DNA of 64,000 nucleotides from an uncultured bacterium. GTDB taxonomy: Bacteria > Verrucomicrobiota > Verrucomicrobiia > Limisphaerales > UBA8199. Below, one piece after another: positions 24,029 to 34,692 of this stretch; positions within the stretch are counted from its first letter, which is position 1; the number at the start of each line of letters is the position of its first letter. The position numbers and the translations under genes are program-made. The stretch lies in contig CAVVMW010000012.1 in the NCBI GenBank assembly GCA_963749495.1, forward strand, positions 480,001 through 544,000, in the 5' to 3' direction. The notes beneath the pieces are model-generated. The model saw nothing but the letters and a program-made list of their open reading frames with translations. It had not been told where the DNA came from and did not search any database.

Positions 24029-24196
24029 TCACCCACAAATTGTGCGGAAGACCCTGTTTTCTTTCAGTGCAAAGACGAAGGTCTTTCGCTCGATTTGGAC
24101 TTTATCCAATTTAAGAGTTTCTTCGTTAACGGGCGGCTTTGGGGCGGAGTCGAAGAAACGGTGGCCGAAAGGCGATGGGCGATCATTGAAAATCAT
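24029..24196 (-). pseudogene. Truncated PUR/DUF3276-like nucleic-acid-binding protein
   Basis: VQIERKTFVFALKEN then abrupt loss of the expected continuation. Confidence 0.55.
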
Positions 24197-24347
24197 ACGC
24201 TTACCCGTATCGGGCCGCCCTTGAGGCAGCCCATTGTTATATACTGGAATTTGCTTTTTCACGCGCCGCCGGCTTATTGATGCTGCTCAGGTGATTGACG
24301 CTACGCAGGTGACATTGTTTTCGAATATTCAAATCCGCACGTTCGCG

Positions 24348-24941
24348 TCAAATGGATTCGGTTTCTCCCTTTTTCATGAGTTTCAGCCCGATTGAGAAAG
24401 CAGGGCCGAGGCTATGGCCGATGGCATGATAAGAGTGGTCGGCCGGGTTGAATACAAAGGGAGCCACCTTTTCGATCAGGGGCTGGTCCTTTTCTCCCAG
24501 GACCGAGTTGTCGGCTAACACGTTTAGAATCTCGCCAATGAAGTGGACGTGCATGCCAATGTCGACGGTTTTCAGCAGTTTGCACTCCAGAACAAGCGGA
24601 CATTCTTGAACGTAGGGGGCATCCACCCGATCGCTTTTGACAGGGGTCAGGCCGGTGGCGGCGAATTTGTCCGTGTCTTTGCCGCTGGCTATGCCAACGA
24701 AATCGGCCTCCACAGCGTGGCGTGTGGAGGGGATATTCACGGTAAATGCTTTGCGGCGGAGGATATTGGCGTAGGTGAGGCGAGTTTTTTGCAACGAAAT
24801 GGCGACGCACGGCGGCCCCGAGCTGCAGATGCCGCCCCAGGCAATGGTCATGATGTTGGGCGTGTCCCTCTCTCCATAACTTCCCACAATCCAGACTGGC
24901 GTCGGCATGGCTAGTGTTTTGGCTCCAAGAGATGTTTTCAT
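24348..24941 (-). CDS. Flavin reductase family protein (flavoredoxin-like)
   Basis: PTPVWIVGSY, NIMTIAWGG, FTVNIP, DFVGIASG, APYVQECPLVLEC. Confidence 0.9.
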   Translation of the reverse strand: MKTSLGAKTLAMPTPVWIVGSYGERDTPNIMTIAWGGICSSGPPCVAISLQKTRLTYANILRRKAFTVNIPSTRHAVEADFVGIASGKDTDKFAATGLTPVKSDRVDAPYVQECPLVLECKLLKTVDIGMHVHFIGEILNVLADNSVLGEKDQPLIEKVAPFVFNPADHSYHAIGHSLGPAFSIGLKLMKKGETESI

Positions 24942-25226
24942 GGTTTACTGATCGGAATTTGCCCACCCGGCGCCAGCCCCATTATTGACGCTGCGCCGCT
25001 GAGAACGAAATCGTTCTGCATCTCGCTCATTCCAGACCGGATGGTATCAGGTGGAGCCAAACCGTCAAGCGCCGTGATCTGATGCCCCCTCCTGCCTCGA
25101 TCCCCCTGCTGCTGGTATGATTTCAGGGTGCCGGATTGACGCCGAAGAGCCAATCCCCTCCCGCCCCCAGTTCATGAAAGAATTGGGGCCTTTTCACGTA
25201 CAAACCCCTTCACCCCAAGAAACATT

Positions 25227-25463
25227 ATGTCTCCAAGATCCGCGTGGTTATTGCAGGAAGAAATTGTCCCCCGTCTCAAATCCGCCGTGCCTCAAACCGT
25301 CTCCTTCATCGGTTCAGAGGATGCCGAGGAGTTGGTTCAGGATTCAATCGCCATGGCAGCAAAACTCCTCCACAACGTTGACAAGGCCCACAAGCGGGTG
25401 ACCCCAGGGAACATCGCCTACTACACCATCCAGCACATGAAGTCCGGCAGAAGGTCATTCTGA
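25227..25463 (+). pseudogene. Short, probably truncated sigma-region-2-like protein fragment
   Basis: EDAEELVQDSIAMA...YYTIQHMKSGRRS then stop. Confidence 0.4.
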
Positions 25464-25751
25464 TTGAGATCCGCCGTTTGCCTCAGTGGAAGAAGGACCT
25501 GGAGGCAACGCGTGAGAAGATGGCGTGCAGGGAGAAAAGGCGGCACCAGTAACCGGCCGTCAGCAATCAACTCCATATCCTCTGCATCGGCTCCTGCGGC
25601 TCTCTTGATGGAGGGCTGCAGGGGTCGGTGTGGAGGATGAGAAGGCGGGGCCTTTGGCTCTCAACTTTAGCTTTTAGAAGAGCCGTGGATGAGGGGCAGC
25701 CACCGGTCAGGCCAGGGAAAACGTTCTACCGGGTGCAGATGTAAACGCCGG

Positions 25752-26520
25752 CTAAGGGTAGCGCAGGCCGTTGACGAATGACGTTGAGAAAGGATCGGTT
25801 GTGGGCGCCGGGAGCCAGAAGAGCTTGCTCTTTTCCAGCTTCTTGGCGGTCACCGCGTTGACTCGTTCAACGTGAAAGTCGCAGAACATCACGTGCCCGA
25901 TGCCATTGTGGCGCGTACCTGACGGCAGCTGCGCTCTCCCCCGCCCAGGTCACGGGGCCAACCGTGCCGTCAAGATCGTTTCGGCCCAAGGTGGCTTCCA
26001 TGAAGAGGAACGTTCGCGCCGGCGCCGTGTATGTGGAGGGGTCCGCTGTCCATTTGGACGGGTCCATGTCGTGGCAGAGAACGCAGTTCATGCCGTAGCT
26101 GCATTGGCGGATTGAAGCAGGCGGCGGAGGGGAACTGATGGGGTTGATGCCAAGGGCGCGTTGATCGGTGGGGCAAAGATAGACCTGGCGGCTCTTCAGG
26201 TATGGATAGAGTTCGCCGGTTGTCGGATCGGCAATGCCCTGCTCGGCATGCAGCCAGTTCAGGAAGAAGGGCAGGATTCCTTTGTGATCGAGCACATACA
26301 TGGCCGCAGCCTGGCTGAACTGCCGCAGGTTGTTTGCGCAGGCTGCGGCCCTGGCGGCTTCCTTGGCCCGGCCCAGCGCCGGCAGCAGCAATGCCGCCAG
26401 AATGGCGATGATGGCGATCACCACCAGCAATTCGATGAGAGTGAATGCGGAAATGGGTATGGACCTCCTCGCAGGTCCCGGACCTTTGAGCCACCTAAAT
26501 TCCCGGCCAAGCCTTTTCAT
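25752..26520 (-). CDS. Prepilin-type N-terminal cleavage/methylation protein with H-X9-DG-like tail (+1 frameshift near 25918)
   Basis: [38 protein letters not shown]; shifted frame gives [17 protein letters not shown]...LRYP* ending at 25752. Confidence 0.85.
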
Positions 26521-26654
26521 AAGGTCTTATGCTCGATGATTCGATACTCCTTACGAGCATCAGAGTCAAGAACAACCGAGAGCAATCGAGAGCCCAGCAC
26601 CGGCCCCTCATCGAACTGCTGCCCTTATCCCCTCAATTTGGCTCACCCTTGGCT

Positions 26655-27158
26655 TTAGACCAGCTTCTCCTGATGTTCGCCGTGCCGGGATGGTCTTGAG
26701 CAGCGACAGGTCGAGGGCAAGGTGAGTTGCTCAACGACTTGGTGCACCTGGGCTTCTGGCCACCACAGATCATAGCGCTGGAGGGTGCTTTTGCTGGGCA
26801 CCTGCACGCGGTCCACTTCGCTGAGGCCGCAGAAGAATTGGAGCAAGGGGCTGTCGGCCGAACGGGCGGCAAACCCGCGGTAGTTTTCCCCGATCAAGGT
26901 GGGGGCGATATTGCAGCGCAAGGCGCGCCGGCAGTGCTTTTGGCGGGTCTGCTGGGCTTTGGCGCTGACGTGTGGGTGCCGGCCCAGCCACCCCTGGAGG
27001 TCTTTTCGCATGAGTTGGGTTTCCAGGCCGCTGTCGCGCAGCAGATGATCGATGCGCAGCAACTGGTCGCGGAAATCGCGGTAATCGACATTGCCTTCGA
27101 TGGTGGGCAGGACTTGCGGCAGGGGCAGTTCAAAAGGAATAATAAGAGCATCGGACAT
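26655..27158 (-). pseudogene. Truncated IS5-like transposase (N-terminal part only)
   Basis: Homologous to 35609-37102 (IIPFELPLPQ.LPTIEGNV.YR, DSPLLQ.FCG, PSKSTLQRY); similarity ends near 26730. Confidence 0.85.
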
Positions 27159-27553
27159 GGGATTAGATTATAATCTAACCCATGAAATGCAAGCACAATC
27201 TGAAACAATATCGAAAAAAAATGCAGACCACCTATCCTTTGAAGGTCCAGGCCATCCGTTCGCAAGGCAAGCAGCCCCGGCTCTTCGTGACTTTTCCCCT
27301 GGCCCTAGCGGCGGCCATCGGCCTGAACCCCGGAGATCACGTTCAATGGGAATTGCTGGACCGAGGCGAACTGCACTTGCTTCGACTGGAGCCCCCGCCG
27401 ACAACCACCAAGCGGCGGGCACGCAAAAACCAAGCCCCCCGGGCATTATAGAGGACCATTTTGACGGCTTTGGCCAAAATCAGCCGGTTATCCCCTGGCC
27501 ACGGCTTCAGCAAGGCCCGGCCGTTCCGGGCCGCTCTCTTTTGGGACAGGCTC
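26730..27553 (-). mobile_element. Partial IS5-like element (one end retained)
   Basis: Terminal IR TTGGGACAGGCTC ending at 27553, identical to the end of the full element. Confidence 0.8.
27221..27451 (+). CDS. IS-borne AbrB/MazE-like small DNA-binding protein
   Basis: YPLKVQ...FVTFPLALAAAIGLNPGDHVQWELLDRGELHL; homolog at 35339-35557. Confidence 0.7.
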   Translation: MQTTYPLKVQAIRSQGKQPRLFVTFPLALAAAIGLNPGDHVQWELLDRGELHLLRLEPPPTTTKRRARKNQAPRAL

Positions 27554-28105
27554 TAACTACGGTGCCCCCTGAGGCAGCCCCTTGGATTTCCAATTTGCCG
27601 CCGATCAAAGCGGCGCGATTTCGCATCATCTCCAGGCCCAGGCCCGATCTGGGTTCTCGGGAGTCCTTGAAACCAATCCCGTCATCGACGATGCTCAGGC
27701 CGGCCGTTCCGGCAGCAACGGTGAGCCGGATGATAATCTGTTTTGGCTTGCCGTGCTTGATGGCGTTGTGAACGGCCTCCCTGGCAATCCGATAGAGGTG
27801 CGATGCCTCGACTCCATCCTCAAAGGCGGCCGATTCCGGGCATTCAGCTTTGCAAAGAACACCAGAACCACGAAGGTGTCCACCAACCTCTCGTCCGCTT
27901 TTATTCGCCCGCAGACCTCCATCCCGCTGAGATCCGGCAGCCTGACATCCAGCAACACTGAATCCGGGCGCCTCTCACGCGCCATTTGCAGGCCCTGCGA
28001 CCCAGTTGGGGCCTCCCAAACCTGATACCCTTCCAGACCCAGGACTTCCGAAAAGAGCCTCCGGATTTCGGAGTCGTCGTCCACCACGAGAATGCGGGCT
28101 GTCAT
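27554..28105 (-). pseudogene. Receiver/histidine-kinase hybrid remnant with internal deletion and IS at 3' end
   Basis: MTARILVVDDD..LDVRLPD receiver N-part, then another frame HLYRIAREAVHNAIKH..DDGIG..GLGLEMMRNRA..GGTVV abutting the IS end. Confidence 0.75.
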
Positions 28106-28184
28106 CTTGTCAACGGTTCAAATTCCTTGGGCGGCTTAGGCTTCGATATTATAGCAGGCCCCCGAGAGAATTCCAGCAACAGAG

Positions 28185-29120
28185 TCAAATGTTGGGACGT
28201 GACCCTAATGTTCTCTTGCCCAGGAACAGGATGACGCGGTATTTGAGCTGCAGCGGTTTGCCGGGCTTCAGCCACACCGGCTCCAGCCCGGGATAGGACA
28301 CATTCAACATCGCGTAGCTGTGCCGCATCAACCAGCCGTTGTTTGGGTAGCCCGGATTCGCAGGATTGTCTTCGATGCGGATGCCGGCCTCCTGGCCCTT
28401 GAAAACGCCCGCGACCTCCGCCCAGGGATGGCGTGACAGGATGCCGTCTTGCTGTGAAATCCCTGTATCGGTGCGAATGATGGTCTTGGCGGCGCCACCC
28501 TCGCGCGGTGCGGTGCGGAAGGCGAAGCCGCCGTAGCCTTTCTTTTCGTCGGGGGTGCCGACGATCATCACCAGCCGGTCCACGGCCTCCAACGTGAGCG
28601 TGAAATCCAGCACTCGCCGTTCTTTCGTGGAGGGATGAGTCAGGATCTCGACATCTTCCTTCACGAACTTCCGGTCCCCGTCATACCAGCCGTTTTCGAC
28701 GGCCAGGCGCGCCGCCGCCGCGTCGGTTTCACGCGCTTTCCAGCGGACGAATTTCTGCCGGAACCCCTTGACCGTCCACACGTCATTGGTCTTGCCGCCG
28801 ACTTCGACCACCTCCCAGGCCCAGAAAATACCGCGGTGATGCGGATGATCGCGGTTGAAATCGTCCGTCATGACGGTGCCGTCCGGGCCACAGACCGGGT
28901 GCAAGTACGACGAGCGCCGCATGGCCTCAGGAAAACCGCGCGCCAGTATCATGCCGTAATTATAGACAAACACCGGCTTGCCGTTCTCAGACAACTCGAG
29001 CCCCGTCGAGTCGTTGACTTCCCGAAAGGCAAACGGCGAGTCCGCCCCCGCCAGCGGCAGCAGCGAGGCTGCCAGCCAGGCGGCCGCCAGTGAAACGAAT
29101 GACCTGCGGCTTTGGTTCAT
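28185..29120 (-). CDS. DUF6807/PmoA-like family exported protein
   Basis: SRRSF Tat-like signal; SYLHPV, DHPHHRGIFW, KGYGGF, NPGYP..WLMR. Confidence 0.75.
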   Translation of the reverse strand: MNQSRRSFVSLAAAWLAASLLPLAGADSPFAFREVNDSTGLELSENGKPVFVYNYGMILARGFPEAMRRSSYLHPVCGPDGTVMTDDFNRDHPHHRGIFWAWEVVEVGGKTNDVWTVKGFRQKFVRWKARETDAAAARLAVENGWYDGDRKFVKEDVEILTHPSTKERRVLDFTLTLEAVDRLVMIVGTPDEKKGYGGFAFRTAPREGGAAKTIIRTDTGISQQDGILSRHPWAEVAGVFKGQEAGIRIEDNPANPGYPNNGWLMRHSYAMLNVSYPGLEPVWLKPGKPLQLKYRVILFLGKRTLGSRPNI

Positions 29121-29239
29121 GATTCTCATGTGCGTTGTGGTTTTGCCGGGGATTTGGCCCCGAAAAGTGTCAGCGCGCAATTGTGCCGCAGACCGTGTTT
29201 GCCGCGCAAGGCCGCAATTGGACCTCAATCAGATCCGGG

Positions 29240-31093
29240 TCAAGGCTTCTCAGGAATGGGCCAGCGTTGCGCCGGAGGCCCCTCAAGGTCCGCCCAGAAA
29301 TTGAGTTTTCCATCGTCCATCCGCAAGGCAGTCAGTTCGGGCTCCGAGGTTCCGAGGAGCGCCGCACGTTGATAGAGCGGTCCAGGACCTTCCTTGCCGT
29401 AAAACACAGGCACCTCTTTCTTCTCAAAATCTGAATACCCGGTTGGATGCTCATCGCCCAGCGGCTCCATCGCCACGACCGTGTCGCCTCGCCAATGGAC
29501 ACGATAGTGGTAGTGCCGGAACCCCGGGTTGCCGATCTCAACCTCCTCGGTCCTCGGCGCCAGCGGATAGGTGATCTTGAGGGTGGTGTCGCGGGAGTGG
29601 CGCCCTAATTCGGCATAGTTGCCCCATATCTTGACCGTGACGGGGACACCTCCCGTCTCCGCTTTCAGGGCGCCCGGCTCCACGAAATCGGGGAGGCGCA
29701 CCCGCACCGCGCAGTCTGCCTTGAGCCGGATCGTCAAGCGGCCCTCGAAAGGTTGGTAGCCACGGACCTCCGCCTGCGGCAGCAACTTGTCAAAGTGCAT
29801 GTGCACTGAGAGAGTGCCGTTCTCGAAAGAGGCCGCATTCTTCCATGCGATGAAAAAGCCGTGCGTGCCGGAGCCGCCACAGCAGTTCTGGAGGACGCGC
29901 GTCTTCCCGCGCAATTCCGGACCACCCCAGTGAAGCGTCTCGCAGGCGGCCAGAAAATGCGTGGGCGAACTCCAGCCGGCATAACCGCCCTCGAGGCGCG
30001 CGGCCAGTTCGCGCCAGGTGAATTGCTCGGTGTCAGGCTTCCCGGTCGCGGGCTTGAGCCAGGAAAGGTCTGTGGCCTGGCTCTCGGCCAGTTGATTGCG
30101 CACGACCCGCTCCACGTCGCCCCAATACTCCGGATGGCCGTGATTTGCGAGGGTCACCCCCAGGCCGACGTAATCCATCAGCGCGCAGGTCTCGGTCGCC
30201 ACGACGTCGCCCTTGCGCCCGATCACCTCCGGCAGGAAGCCAAAGCTCGTGGCTTCAGAGCGAACGTAGCGGTACAACGCATCCACGCGGCTGAACAGCA
30301 CCGGGTCCTTCGTGTAAAGGGCATAATCCGCCGCCCCGACCAGAGTGCGGAGGTTTCCGTGCATGTGCCCGCCGTGGCGGAAGGTGTTGTCCGGGCTGAA
30401 CAGCGGGCTTTCGACGAACACCCTCTGGACCTGCTTGCGCGCCAGCTTCAAAGCGTTCTCGTCGTGCAGGACCCGGGCGCTGGCCATGAGGCTCTTGATA
30501 ATGAACCCGTTCAAGAAACCGTCCCCGCCCCCTTTGCCCTGCTCGGTCCGGGCGAGCAGGCTGGCAGTCATCTTGAGAATCACCTGCTTCAAGCTCTCCT
30601 CCGGCGTGTCTTCGTAGGCGGTGACCAGCGCGTAGAGGGTGAGCGCCTGGTCGCCGGGGTCGGCAACCTTCTGCGAGAAACTGGTTTGCGGACGCGTCAG
30701 CAGGCCGGTCTCGGGATCGATCAGTTCGAGAAGTTTGCGCCGCCAAATCGCCTCGATGGGAGCCCGTTCCCCGGTCATGTGCCGGGCCATGATTGCGGCC
30801 TGGAACTGCCGGGCCATGACATCGCCAAAGTCCGGCCAGTCATGTGCCGCCTCGGCAGGCTCGGTCCAGAAGATGTTGAAATAGGGCAGGCCATTCGTGT
30901 CCACCATCCCATTGAGATAGTTGAGGCTGCGGCGGGCGAACGGTTCCAGCGCAAAAGTCCGGGGCGCTTTCCCCGGGTGGCCGGCTTCACCGCGTGCCAG
31001 GACCAAGCCCGGTGCGGCCACGGCCCAGGTCAACAGGCAGGGAACCAGAATTGCGCCAGGCCAAGATCGAGAGATGTCATAGTGGAATCGCAT
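29240..31093 (-). CDS. GH127-like glycoside hydrolase
   Basis: Signal peptide; GHMH, ETCA, ERVVRNQL, QNCCGGSG motifs. Confidence 0.65.
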   Translation of the reverse strand: MRFHYDISRSWPGAILVPCLLTWAVAAPGLVLARGEAGHPGKAPRTFALEPFARRSLNYLNGMVDTNGLPYFNIFWTEPAEAAHDWPDFGDVMARQFQAAIMARHMTGERAPIEAIWRRKLLELIDPETGLLTRPQTSFSQKVADPGDQALTLYALVTAYEDTPEESLKQVILKMTASLLARTEQGKGGGDGFLNGFIIKSLMASARVLHDENALKLARKQVQRVFVESPLFSPDNTFRHGGHMHGNLRTLVGAADYALYTKDPVLFSRVDALYRYVRSEATSFGFLPEVIGRKGDVVATETCALMDYVGLGVTLANHGHPEYWGDVERVVRNQLAESQATDLSWLKPATGKPDTEQFTWRELAARLEGGYAGWSSPTHFLAACETLHWGGPELRGKTRVLQNCCGGSGTHGFFIAWKNAASFENGTLSVHMHFDKLLPQAEVRGYQPFEGRLTIRLKADCAVRVRLPDFVEPGALKAETGGVPVTVKIWGNYAELGRHSRDTTLKITYPLAPRTEEVEIGNPGFRHYHYRVHWRGDTVVAMEPLGDEHPTGYSDFEKKEVPVFYGKEGPGPLYQRAALLGTSEPELTALRMDDGKLNFWADLEGPPAQRWPIPEKP

Positions 31094-31253
31094 GTGCTGA
31101 CTCTAAACCCACCGCCTCGCCACACAAAAGCGGAAAGAGTGGACCGGATGGTTGCCCGACGCTGCCATCAAGATCGCCTGGCGCAACTTGGGAATGCAAT
31201 TGCACCTACGGACGCGATTGGAGGCTTTCCATGAACCGTCGAAGCCCGCAAGG

Positions 31254-31331
31254 TTTTGGACTGCGCCAGTCCTCTGGCGCTTTTCGGACGATGGGTACAT
31301 GAAAGCGCCAGAGGACTGGCGCAGTCCAAAA
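31254..31331. repeat. 30-bp perfect inverted repeat (REP-like doublet)
   Basis: TTTTGGACTGCGCCAGTCCTCTGGCGCTTT / AAAGCGCCAGAGGACTGGCGCAGTCCAAAA. Confidence 0.85.
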
Positions 31332-31488
31332 CGCTTCGCGGCCTCGGGGCCCCTGACCGGTTCACGGTCCCAATGCATTGGCAGAAGCCAAAGGGGGCTC
31401 TCCATGAACCCCGGGCTCCGGCAAAACGTCTCGCCATGGCGGCTGTCCAATCCCAGTGCATGCTCATTTCCGAAAACACATTCGCGTG

Positions 31489-32745
31489 ATGAAAGCGGTG
31501 AATTCCTTCCTGTTTTGTCTTGCCTTCGCCGCCTGTGCGCGCCTGCTCGCGCAGGAAGCCACGCCACCCCACGGCGCGCCGGATGCGGTACACACCGTCT
31601 ATCTCGAATACCAGGAGGCCGAGCGCGGCTTCATCTCCTGGACCATCTTCGTCCCGCCCCAAACCGCCCCGTTCAGCAAAGAGCCGGATTTCGGCCGGCG
31701 GCCAGTCTGCCGCGGGAGCCTGCGGCTGGGGAGCGCACCCGAGGATGCCGTCCCTTTCGCGTGGGACCCGCGCCAGGGCAAACTCTACCTCGACCTCAAT
31801 CGCAACGGGGACCTGACGGACGACCCGAACGGGGTGTTTTCAGCCAAGCCAACTGCCGTCCAGACCTTTACGAACATCCACCTGGAATTCAAGACTGCAA
31901 TGGGCACCCGCCCGCTGTTGGCCGATTTGAGTCTCTACGGGTGGGGCAACCGGTGGGGCAACCGGCTCACCGTTACTCTCGCGTGCCGTTCCTTCTGGGC
32001 CGCAAAAGTCACGCTGCAAGGCCGCGAATGGCAGGTGGGTCTCATCGAAAACGTCGCCGGCCAAACCCAACGCGGCAACGGAGTCGTGGAGATCGGCCCC
32101 AGCAGGCTGGGCTCGGCTGAGGGCGGCTACCTGCTGTTGCGTCCTTGGGAATCGCGGAACCAGCCCTTCAATCTGCAAGACGGCTCGCTGGACGGCTTCA
32201 GCTTCTGCCGCGACCTCTTCTTTGGCCGCCAGGCCTACCAGGTGGATTGGGCTTATGTCCAACAAGACGGCGCGCCCAGATTCGAGCTCGAATTCAAAGA
32301 GTGCTTCACCGCGTTGGGAGAACTCAGGCTCACCGGCAAGTTCATCCAACGGCTTATCCTGACCGGCACGCCGAACCTGCCCGCCGCCGGACCGCTCACC
32401 GTGGTGCTGGACAGGCCGGAACCCACGGTCAAAATCCCGCTGGGCAGCTTTAGCCGATGCCAGATCCAGCTTGAGGCGGGCGGCGCGCAGGCCTGCCGCT
32501 CGGCGCAATTGGCCCCGGCAATAATCGTCGGTTCCAGCAACACAACCGTTCTCACCGCCGGCGGGCCGCTCACCAATACCGTGCATGTGGCCCCCGAGGG
32601 CGGCTTCTTGTCGCTCAATTATCAACTGGTGGGAGCGGAAGGCGCGCCTTACCAGTTGCGGCGTCAGGACCGGAGCCAGCCCCCGGGCTGGGCGGTTTAT
32701 CGGGAGGGCGAAGCCATCAACTCTGGCAGGTTCCAGTTCGGCTGA
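31489..32745 (+). CDS. Secreted hypothetical protein; may read through UGA into the next ORF
   Basis: Signal peptide; DLNRNGDLTDD Ca-binding-like motif; ends SGRFQFG-TGA. Confidence 0.75.
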   Translation: MKAVNSFLFCLAFAACARLLAQEATPPHGAPDAVHTVYLEYQEAERGFISWTIFVPPQTAPFSKEPDFGRRPVCRGSLRLGSAPEDAVPFAWDPRQGKLYLDLNRNGDLTDDPNGVFSAKPTAVQTFTNIHLEFKTAMGTRPLLADLSLYGWGNRWGNRLTVTLACRSFWAAKVTLQGREWQVGLIENVAGQTQRGNGVVEIGPSRLGSAEGGYLLLRPWESRNQPFNLQDGSLDGFSFCRDLFFGRQAYQVDWAYVQQDGAPRFELEFKECFTALGELRLTGKFIQRLILTGTPNLPAAGPLTVVLDRPEPTVKIPLGSFSRCQIQLEAGGAQACRSAQLAPAIIVGSSNTTVLTAGGPLTNTVHVAPEGGFLSLNYQLVGAEGAPYQLRRQDRSQPPGWAVYREGEAINSGRFQFG

Positions 32746-32758
32746 GGCAGCACTTGCA

Positions 32759-32777
32759 GGTACTCATGGCGAGTACC
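32759..32777 (+). promoter_or_regulatory. Candidate bacterial SECIS hairpin
   Basis: GGTACTC-ATGGC-GAGTACC, 7-bp stem starting 13 nt after the in-frame TGA. Confidence 0.45.
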
Positions 32778-32793
32778 ATCGACCGCTCCAGGC

Positions 32794-33840
32794 GTGCTCC
32801 AAATCGTTGCTTCCGATGACCTGGGTGGCCTGGGGGCCAAGGAAGGCCCGCCTGTCACCTGTCAGCCGGGGAGTTGGATGTCTGGTTCGACCTCGACTAC
32901 GGTGGGAGGGTCCGAAAACTCGCTGCCCGCTCTCCTGCCGGGGCTGGCGTTGCTGCTCCTCCTGGCGCTCAAGGCCAACCGCCGGCCTCAGGCCTGGTGG
33001 ATCGGCCTGCCGGTGATCTGCGGTCTTGGCCTGTGCGCGCTCTTGCGGGCCGCCCTGCTCTCCCTGCCCGCCCAGGTTCCGGCATCATTGGCCGCAGTGG
33101 TCCAACTCTCCGCCGCTGGCGCGGAGTTGCCGCCCTCCGAGCTGCTGAAAATCCTCGCCCAAAGCGTCCCCGCCTTGACCTTCGCAGTCGCGGGGGTGTG
33201 GTTGCTGTCAAATCATCTGCCTGCGAAGCACCGTTTCCTCACGTTCCTCGGGGTCCTATTCGTGCTGGGCGGTCTGAGCGTGCCGCTGGCCTGCCAACTT
33301 GATATGGACAAAGTGGCTGGTCTCTGGGTCCCCGGCGCCAACGGGGTTGCCGATCCCAGAATGCCGGCCTGCGCCAGGCTGACCGGGATCGGGGCCTTGG
33401 TTATTTCCGTGTCGCTGATGCTGGCAGGCTCGCTCTGCCGCCGGCGGCACCAGCCGTTGCGCCTGTCGCTCTGGCTGCTCGCGTGGCTATTGATCGTTTG
33501 GCTGGCTGTGGTTGTGCTCAGGACCGAGACAACGATTATGGGCGACAGCACACCGCCTTCGGCGCCTGGGGTTCTGGGCGGCGTGTTCGCCCTGGCGGGC
33601 CTCAACTTCGCGCTGCTGCTGCCGTTCCTGGCACTCTCCTTTGCCAGCGCGTTTTACCGCCCTCGGTTGCAGCGCCTGCTGGGCCTGCAAACCAGCGGTT
33701 TGGCTGGCCAGGAGCATCCAATCTCGATGCAAAAGAGCCCCTGGATCGCATTTGCGCTCCCAAAGAGACTGAGTGGAGCCTCTTCACAGGCGGCCGAATT
33801 CAGTCACTACGGCGTTGTCGCCGGCAGACCGGAGTGGTAA
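32794..33840 (+). CDS. Multi-pass membrane protein; same frame as upstream ORF
   Basis: Several hydrophobic segments; frame open from 32746. Confidence 0.7.
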   Translation: MLQIVASDDLGGLGAKEGPPVTCQPGSWMSGSTSTTVGGSENSLPALLPGLALLLLLALKANRRPQAWWIGLPVICGLGLCALLRAALLSLPAQVPASLAAVVQLSAAGAELPPSELLKILAQSVPALTFAVAGVWLLSNHLPAKHRFLTFLGVLFVLGGLSVPLACQLDMDKVAGLWVPGANGVADPRMPACARLTGIGALVISVSLMLAGSLCRRRHQPLRLSLWLLAWLLIVWLAVVVLRTETTIMGDSTPPSAPGVLGGVFALAGLNFALLLPFLALSFASAFYRPRLQRLLGLQTSGLAGQEHPISMQKSPWIAFALPKRLSGASSQAAEFSHYGVVAGRPEW

Positions 33841-33849
33841 TCTGGGCCC

Positions 33850-34119
33850 GTGAAAATCGATTACACTGTCCAGGTTTGGCGGGAGGGAAACCAATATATC
33901 GCTCACGCGATGCCGTTGGACGTGGCCAGCTCCGGGCAGACGCCGGAAGCCGCGCGCCAGGCTGTGGACGAGGCGGTGCGGCTGTTCCTGGCCACCGCAG
34001 CAGAGCACGGCAGCCTGGAAGAGGTCCTGGAGGATGCGGGCTATCGCCGCGAGGATGGCTTCTGGCGTGGGCCGGAGTGGTTTGGGATCGAGCAGCGCAG
34101 TTGCCCTGCGGCAACGTGA
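33850..34119 (+). CDS. hicB: HicB-family antitoxin
   Basis: VWREGNQYIAHAMPLDVASSGQTPEAARQAVDEAVRLFL. Confidence 0.8.
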   Translation: MKIDYTVQVWREGNQYIAHAMPLDVASSGQTPEAARQAVDEAVRLFLATAAEHGSLEEVLEDAGYRREDGFWRGPEWFGIEQRSCPAAT

Positions 34120-34126
34120 CGGCCCC

Positions 34127-34357
34127 ATGCCCCGGTTCACTCCTCAAGATTGGCGCACACTGGAAACCGTCTTCCTCGCCGCCGGTTTCCATTTTGTTCG
34201 CCAGGAAGGCAGCCATCGCACTTATGTCAAGCCGGGCGTAGCACGGCCCGTGGTCATCCCGGTCTACAAAGAAGTCCCAGTATTCGTCATCCGCAATAAT
34301 CTCAAGACGGCCGGACTTTCTCGTGATGAATACTTCGCGCTGTTGGCTGCAGTGTGA
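34127..34357 (+). CDS. hicA: HicA-family toxin
   Basis: GFHFVRQEGSH..Y.KPG..RPVVIP; IRNNLKTAGLSRDEY. Confidence 0.85.
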   Translation: MPRFTPQDWRTLETVFLAAGFHFVRQEGSHRTYVKPGVARPVVIPVYKEVPVFVIRNNLKTAGLSRDEYFALLAAV

Positions 34358-34692
34358 ACCAGTCCGCTTGGTCATGGGTGGATGGTGGATGGATCAACCC
34401 ACAGCGTGGCTGGCCCCCTCGCCCAACCACACCAAGCTATGGCTGACCCCATAATCCGGCCGAGCACCGGCTCCGCCGCCGCGCAGCTTTCAGCCGGTGA
34501 GGTGGCCCCCAGGCCCGCCCACCCGCCAGTACCCCCGTTCCACGCCGAAACCGGCAAGAAACCCGCAGAATGTGCCCTTGACTGTCCGGTCCTCCCCTGG
34601 TAACAACCGGCCATAATGAGTGAGACCGAAAACCAATTCTCCCTCACCCGCGCAGCCTCAAAACCGCGGTCGCGGCAAAAGAGCAAATTCCT

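Noticed and set aside
28185..29120. Methane monooxygenase PmoA
   Set aside because: Soluble exported protein of the DUF6807-like family; no multi-TM pattern and no pmoCB.
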